Part shown: in pieces, positions 59,121-64,000 of the stretch
Layout: the number at the start of each line of letters is the position of its first letter
Numbering within the stretch: the stretch's first letter is position 1
Source: a virus
Lineage: Duplodnaviria; Heunggongvirae; Uroviricota; Caudoviricetes
Direction: 5' to 3' (one strand)
IMG/VR virus record: IMGVR_UViG_3300037461_000469
Location: 93,752 to 157,751 of that record
Length of the DNA stretch: 64,000 bases
Translations under genes and position numbers: made by a program
Notes under the pieces: model-generated
The model's input: the letters and a program-made list of their open reading frames with translations, nothing else
Told to the model about the DNA's origin: nothing
The model's database searches: none

Positions 59121-60613
59121 GTGTTTTGAAGAAAAATTTGTTCTATACTTTCAACCTTTAAACCATATCTCTGAAATACTTCTATGCGTTTTTTTAGATG
59201 TTTTTTACCAAAATTCTTTTTTACTTCTGTTCCGTCGTCTTTTGTTTTCACCACAATTAAATCATCACACAAATCTATTATTAATGCTTTGTTTTTATTA
59301 GGGGCAATTCGTAATAATCTACCTACTTGTTGGATTGCTTCTATTTCTGATTTTCTTGCTTGGACTAATATTAACCAATAAAGATTAGGAACATTTTCCC
59401 CTATCGAAAATGTGCCAGTCGTAGCAACTAGGATTTGGTTTTCCCCTTTCTTGATAGTGTCCTTAATATCTATTCTATCGTTAACCTTGACTGAACCCTC
59501 TATCAAATGGACATCATCATTAAAATATTCTTTCAACATTTCTGTCATTTCTTTAGCAAAATCCACATTACGAATAAGAAGAAGCCCATTAGACTTTGGT
59601 ATTCTATTTCTAATCTCTTTGACTAATTCTATAATATATTCTCGGCGTTTTGGAGAATAACGCACAAAATCTTGATATTCATTATAAGTTCTAATTTCAG
59701 GTTGAATTGGATATCTTAATAATTTTATTCGGATTTCGGCATCGGAGATACGGTCAGCCGCCTGAAGTTTCTTGATTGTGTTTGAAGCCGTGATAGGCCC
59801 GAATAGGCTGACGCTGTTGAAGTACTCCAACTTGTCCGATTCCCTGCTGATGACTGTGGCTGAAAATCCGTACTTGAACTTGGGTCGGAAGGACGTTACG
59901 ATTTTCTGTACTTCCTTGGCTGCGGACGAGGCCACGTGAACTTCGTCCTGAATCAGCAGTTCGAAGCGCAGGCCGTAGTCTTTATCCAACTCCAAAAGAG
60001 TTTTAAGCGACTGCCACGTAGCCACGATTACAGGCCTGTCCCACTCTTTTCGGTCTCCGTAGAGCCTGCCGCACTCTTCGGGCTTGATGAAAGGGGATTT
60101 TAACACTAAGTCCTCGTAGATTTGCTCGACTAGCGAAGCACGCGGAACCACTAAAATCATGTTTTTGATGCCCTTCAAGCGGAACAAGTTAAGCATCGCC
60201 ACTTCGATGTAACTCTTGCCTGCGCTCGTGGGAAGTTTGCTGAGGCCGTAACTGTACTTTAAAATCTTCTCCAAGGCTTCGATTTGGTCTTCGAACAGGG
60301 TCGTGTCCTTCAGACTGAGTTCGATTTCAGGCCGTTGAAACTTGAAAGGATTGAGAATCAACTCCTTGTCGAACTTCACTTGCCACTTGTTGATTTTGGA
60401 GATACGGAGTATCTCTACGAGCAAACCCGAAAGAATCAGTCCGTCTGCGTGTAGGAAGCGGATTTTCCCGTCCCACTTCTTCGCACGGTAAAGCGGAGAC
60501 CAAAAAGCGTTCTTGTCCTTGACGGCAAAGTGGAGTTGTAGGAACGAAAAGATGCTTTTCTCGGCTGAGATTTTTAAGTAGTTAGGGTTATCTGTTCGTT
60601 CTACGGTTATCAT
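59114..60613 (-). CDS. uvsW: SF2 DNA helicase, UvsW-like
   Basis: WDGKIRF, LPTSAGKS, QDEVH, GFSAT, QQVGRLLR. Confidence 0.9.
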   Translation of the reverse strand: MITVERTDNPNYLKISAEKSIFSFLQLHFAVKDKNAFWSPLYRAKKWDGKIRFLHADGLILSGLLVEILRISKINKWQVKFDKELILNPFKFQRPEIELSLKDTTLFEDQIEALEKILKYSYGLSKLPTSAGKSYIEVAMLNLFRLKGIKNMILVVPRASLVEQIYEDLVLKSPFIKPEECGRLYGDRKEWDRPVIVATWQSLKTLLELDKDYGLRFELLIQDEVHVASSAAKEVQKIVTSFRPKFKYGFSATVISRESDKLEYFNSVSLFGPITASNTIKKLQAADRISDAEIRIKLLRYPIQPEIRTYNEYQDFVRYSPKRREYIIELVKEIRNRIPKSNGLLLIRNVDFAKEMTEMLKEYFNDDVHLIEGSVKVNDRIDIKDTIKKGENQILVATTGTFSIGENVPNLYWLILVQARKSEIEAIQQVGRLLRIAPNKNKALIIDLCDDLIVVKTKDDGTEVKKNFGKKHLKKRIEVFQRYGLKVESIEQIFLQNTK

Positions 60614-62576
60614 TCTTGTTCATTTTTCTCCTCTTTTTCTCTTCTTTCCACGCTTTTTCTCTTTCTAAATATGCTTTCAGTCTTTTTCTTCCTTCTTTTG
60701 CTCTTTCTTCCCAATCAATTTTTATTGAATCGACTCCTGCTTCGTCAGACGTAGACGAAAAAGGACTCCAAGGAATACCAGCAATCTCATTTAAAAATTC
60801 TTTCTCCTCTTCCGTTGCGTACTTGTCGATATCTTCCTTGGTCAACTTGTTGATGACCCTATTTTCAGGAACACCGTAATCTTTCCGCATCTTGGCAAAA
60901 GGCACTTCTAATTTGTGTTTCTTTATCTTATCTTCCCACTTCTTGACTTTTTTCTTCCAGTCTTCCAAATCGCTCATTTCGGGGTCGAATATCTTGTAGT
61001 ACTGCTCTAGTGTTTCCTTGGCTGTTTTCTCTTTCTCGGTTTTGGAGAGTTTGGAAAACTCTTTTTGTTTCCTGAGTTTCTCCACACGACCTTCGTATTC
61101 CTTCTCCATTTCCTGAGACCACTTTATAGGCTTGCCCTTCTCATCTTTCTCGTAAGGGTCAAATCCCTGATGAACTCTGTACCCTTTGGCTCCGACCTGT
61201 TCGACATCGTGCCATTCCCCTGCAATCCTTTGATACGCTCTGTGGATTTTGACGGCGATGTTCTTAAACTTATCCATCTTGCAGGCGGGGCAAGAATTGC
61301 AGTCGCCTGGGCAGGGATACCAACCCGAAGGATTTATTTTTGAGTACTTGTCGTATTTTGGATTCGGTTGACCTTCAGGGGTCAACTTTTCGAAAATATC
61401 TTCGTAATAAAGCCCTTTATATTTTGGGTCTCTCTCTTGAAGTTTGTGTTTCTTGTTAAACAGGCTAGGAAACGCTCTGAAGGTCTTGCCAATTGATTTC
61501 TTACCACGGTCCCCACCAACTGCTTTATTGATGCCTGTGATGGCTGAAAATCCTGAGCCTTGAACGTGGACGTATTGAAATTTGTGTTGGGCTAGAACGT
61601 CTTTACGGGCAGTATAGGTGTAGGATATAAGGCCAAGATTCTTTTCTGCCAATTCAGCGATTTTATCCATCTTAATAGCATCGTCCCTATCCTTCAAATC
61701 ACCAGATTGATTGAACCTGATATATTTCAGTTTCACACTCTTGAAGCCTGCGTGTCTAGCCGGAACTGCCGGCTTTCCGTGTTTGGCATCTCTTTTTGCC
61801 CTAGTGAGTGCATAGGTCAATGACTTACCACGAATCTTCTTGTCGTAGTAATATTCTTCTAATTTTTTATAAATTTCCTCGGCGCTATGCGTGTCCCAAA
61901 ACCGCATCTGTCTTAAACGAAGTTGCAGGGCAACGTCATACTGCCTTTCGTCCTGATAGGCGTAACAGGCAATTTTAAATTCTCCTGTTTTTTCATCGGC
62001 TTGTACGATTTGACACATTCCGTTTGCCAAAGACGGGCAGAACCTTGCGGGTTGTAAGTTAAAAATAATGGTATCTAAGGCTACCTTGCTGTTTCCAGAC
62101 GTGAATAGGAGTTTGGGGTCTCCTTCTATTTTGTCCCAATCAACATCCTCGTTCAAAAGAACGTATTCATCCCTGAACCATCGCGGGTCTGTTTGTTCTT
62201 CGAAAGTTGTATTTTGTGAACGAGTTATAAGGTTATTATCATAACCATATCCTACGTCATCGTGAACTTCTGGTTCTGGGTCTCCCCAATTCATATTATC
62301 TTCTATTCTAGATAGACGTTGATGAATGGATTCATCAAAATCTTCTACTTCTTCCAACTCAGGCTCTTCATCTGATTCTTCATCGTGGACGGCATTACCT
62401 TGGCGTTGCTTTTCCAATGTGTCTTCCATCAAGTCAATCATTTCTTCATCGGTTACTTTTTTGCCCGATGCTGTAATGTTTTGGCTTTCCTTGGAATCTA
62501 CACCAACACCATCTAAAAACTGACCGCACATACCATTATCGAATAAGGGCTTTTCAGAACTGTTATGTTGTGCCAT
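60588..62576 (-). CDS. Large protein with GP88-like Cys domain
   Basis: GNSKV..IFNL.P..FCP..C...CYA...RF..SGD...YTYT; CPGDCNSCPAC; acidic N-terminus; KYAT motif near C-terminus. Confidence 0.6.
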   Translation of the reverse strand: MAQHNSSEKPLFDNGMCGQFLDGVGVDSKESQNITASGKKVTDEEMIDLMEDTLEKQRQGNAVHDEESDEEPELEEVEDFDESIHQRLSRIEDNMNWGDPEPEVHDDVGYGYDNNLITRSQNTTFEEQTDPRWFRDEYVLLNEDVDWDKIEGDPKLLFTSGNSKVALDTIIFNLQPARFCPSLANGMCQIVQADEKTGEFKIACYAYQDERQYDVALQLRLRQMRFWDTHSAEEIYKKLEEYYYDKKIRGKSLTYALTRAKRDAKHGKPAVPARHAGFKSVKLKYIRFNQSGDLKDRDDAIKMDKIAELAEKNLGLISYTYTARKDVLAQHKFQYVHVQGSGFSAITGINKAVGGDRGKKSIGKTFRAFPSLFNKKHKLQERDPKYKGLYYEDIFEKLTPEGQPNPKYDKYSKINPSGWYPCPGDCNSCPACKMDKFKNIAVKIHRAYQRIAGEWHDVEQVGAKGYRVHQGFDPYEKDEKGKPIKWSQEMEKEYEGRVEKLRKQKEFSKLSKTEKEKTAKETLEQYYKIFDPEMSDLEDWKKKVKKWEDKIKKHKLEVPFAKMRKDYGVPENRVINKLTKEDIDKYATEEEKEFLNEIAGIPWSPFSSTSDEAGVDSIKIDWEERAKEGRKRLKAYLEREKAWKEEKKRRKMNKNDNRRTNR

Positions 62577-63225
62577 TTACTTTCTCCATTATCGAGTCGA
62601 TTTTTTGGTCAACCGCTTCCTTCTGCAATCCTGCAAGAACGGCGGTCTTGATTTCCTCGTAAAATTCCTCGTCCGTAATCCCCATCATCGTCTTCGCCAA
62701 TTCGTCCTGACCTGTCCTGATGGCTTCCCGAACCTTGGTGGCTGAGTAACTTGCTTCATCGTCAGCCGATTCGTCCCGTTCCACTCCCTCAACCTTGATG
62801 GTGATGTTGTAATCAGGTCTGCCTAGTTCGTCCTTGATTTTTTGGATGTACACAGGATTCTTTGCCTGAACGTTGTACATTTCGGCTTGGTCGGAGCCTG
62901 CGTACACGGTGAACAGGAAGTCTGTCTCGTTGGTGTGGATGTCTTCCAAGAGTTCAACAATCATCCCTGGCACGTCAGAGCGGGGCGGTCTAGAACTACC
63001 CTCAGCGGGGAACTGTCTCACTTCCACCTGTGGCTCAATCACGCTGATGATTTTCTTCTTCTGTTGGAAGGTGAGAGGGTTCCTGACCTTGTTCAGAGCG
63101 GTTTTCTTGCCTTGGATGATTTCAACGACAGTCAAATCGTTCTCGGTTAGGGATTTCCTGTAGAGTTTGCGGTGTCCCCGATGCGGGGGATTCATTCTGC
63201 CAGGAATCAGTCCAATCTTAGTCAT
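62563..63225 (-). CDS. Cytidyltransferase-like nucleotidyltransferase
   Basis: PGRMNPPHRGH (HxGH), NPL, GSD, SATKVRE. Confidence 0.85.
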   Translation of the reverse strand: MTKIGLIPGRMNPPHRGHRKLYRKSLTENDLTVVEIIQGKKTALNKVRNPLTFQQKKKIISVIEPQVEVRQFPAEGSSRPPRSDVPGMIVELLEDIHTNETDFLFTVYAGSDQAEMYNVQAKNPVYIQKIKDELGRPDYNITIKVEGVERDESADDEASYSATKVREAIRTGQDELAKTMMGITDEEFYEEIKTAVLAGLQKEAVDQKIDSIMEKVNGTT

Positions 63226-63398
63226 TATTCTACATCAAACTCCCCAACCCTGTTTCCGTTGCTGTCCATTATACCCCCGTTCATTCTACCATGGGCAATC
63301 TTTGCCATCACTCTTGTTAAACAATATTCGATTTCTTCTGAAAGGTCTCCTTCAGTAAAAGCCGCATTATCGAGTTCCATTTCGATTGTTAGTTTCAT
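63225..63398 (-). CDS. Small conserved phage protein (57 aa, not in ORF track)
   Basis: Read manually: MKLTIEMELDNAAF...IMDSNGNRVGEF; late motif at 63417-23. Confidence 0.6.
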   Translation of the reverse strand: MKLTIEMELDNAAFTEGDLSEEIEYCLTRVMAKIAHGRMNGGIMDSNGNRVGEFDVE

Positions 63399-63415
63399 TG
63401 GGGTTCACCTCAAAT

Positions 63416-64000
63416 CTATTTATTGTATTTCGCAGTCCATCCCTTGTGATGTTTTCTTTTTCCTTGAAGTACCCCACAAATAGCACTTTGTGTTAAATTG
63501 TGTTCTTTACAAAAAGGAATATAACACGAAAGTTCAAATTTTTCTCCTTTTGGTGATATTAAAATAACAGGTCTTGCTGCGGGGTTATTTTTTCCTGCTA
63601 ATTTATGATTTCCGTAGTTGGGGTTCTTTTCACCAACAAACTTACCTTTCATCCTTTTACTTTGTTTTTTTTTCCATTCTTCGGTATGTTTGTGTCCGTA
63701 ATGAGGAGAATCTTTACCATACCGATGAAGTCCAAAGGTAGGATGATTTTCTTTAATTTTAAATCTTTCTTTTGCTTTTAATCCTATTTTTTGTTTTGTC
63801 ATTTCGTGTCTGTGTTTTTGTTTGTTTCCACCGTTATCCAAATTGTATCCATTTGGAACCAAGGTGTTTAACTCTTTTATCAAAAAGGTTTCCGTCCAAT
63901 CTAAATCTTCTTCAGGACAAGAAAAAGAAACCCATTTGAAATTTTTAATACCGTATTTTTTAATTGCTTTATGAAGTATTGACGTAGGATTACTTCCATT
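63416..64000 (-). CDS. GIY-YIG endonuclease, 5' end beyond window
   Basis: Frame open to the window edge: AIKKYGIKNFKWVSFSCPEEDLDWTETFLIKELN, close to 28940..29521. Confidence 0.8.
   Translation of the reverse strand, partial: NGSNPTSILHKAIKKYGIKNFKWVSFSCPEEDLDWTETFLIKELNTLVPNGYNLDNGGNKQKHRHEMTKQKIGLKAKERFKIKENHPTFGLHRYGKDSPHYGHKHTEEWKKKQSKRMKGKFVGEKNPNYGNHKLAGKNNPAARPVILISPKGEKFELSCYIPFCKEHNLTQSAICGVLQGKRKHHKGWTAKYNK

Noticed and set aside
1-64000. CRISPR array or tRNA genes
   Set aside because: No regularly spaced direct repeats and no cloverleaf or T-loop signature found by eye; a tRNAscan/CRISPR scan was not run.

Overview
64-kb segment of a large T4-like (gp23/gp20-type) tailed phage genome, standard genetic code, almost all genes on the minus strand. 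It holds a head and neck module (gp13-like neck, major capsid, scaffold, prohead protease, portal, gp2, gp4), a replication module (PolB, clamp loader and clamp, UvsW, UvsY, RNase H, gp59-like), nucleotide metabolism genes (ThyX, class II RNR, dATP/dGTP diphosphohydrolase, SpeD-like), a C5 methyltransferase next to a radical SAM gene, glycosylation genes and nine free-standing HNH/GIY-YIG endonucleases. Two promoter classes recur: ATAAATA (late-type) and TGTG(G/A)TATAAT. Top finding: a run of six paralogous small genes (29864-31576) between the clamp-loader small subunit and the polymerase. Each has a shared Cys/His N-terminal module; three are clearly, and three weakly, followed by a different short piece of the major capsid protein, one being the T4 Gol-peptide region. 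Second finding: a four-copy structured RNA leader upstream of endonuclease genes whose hairpin loop covaries with, and can pair to, the ribosome-binding site. All family assignments come from motif recognition by eye; no database search or folding was run.
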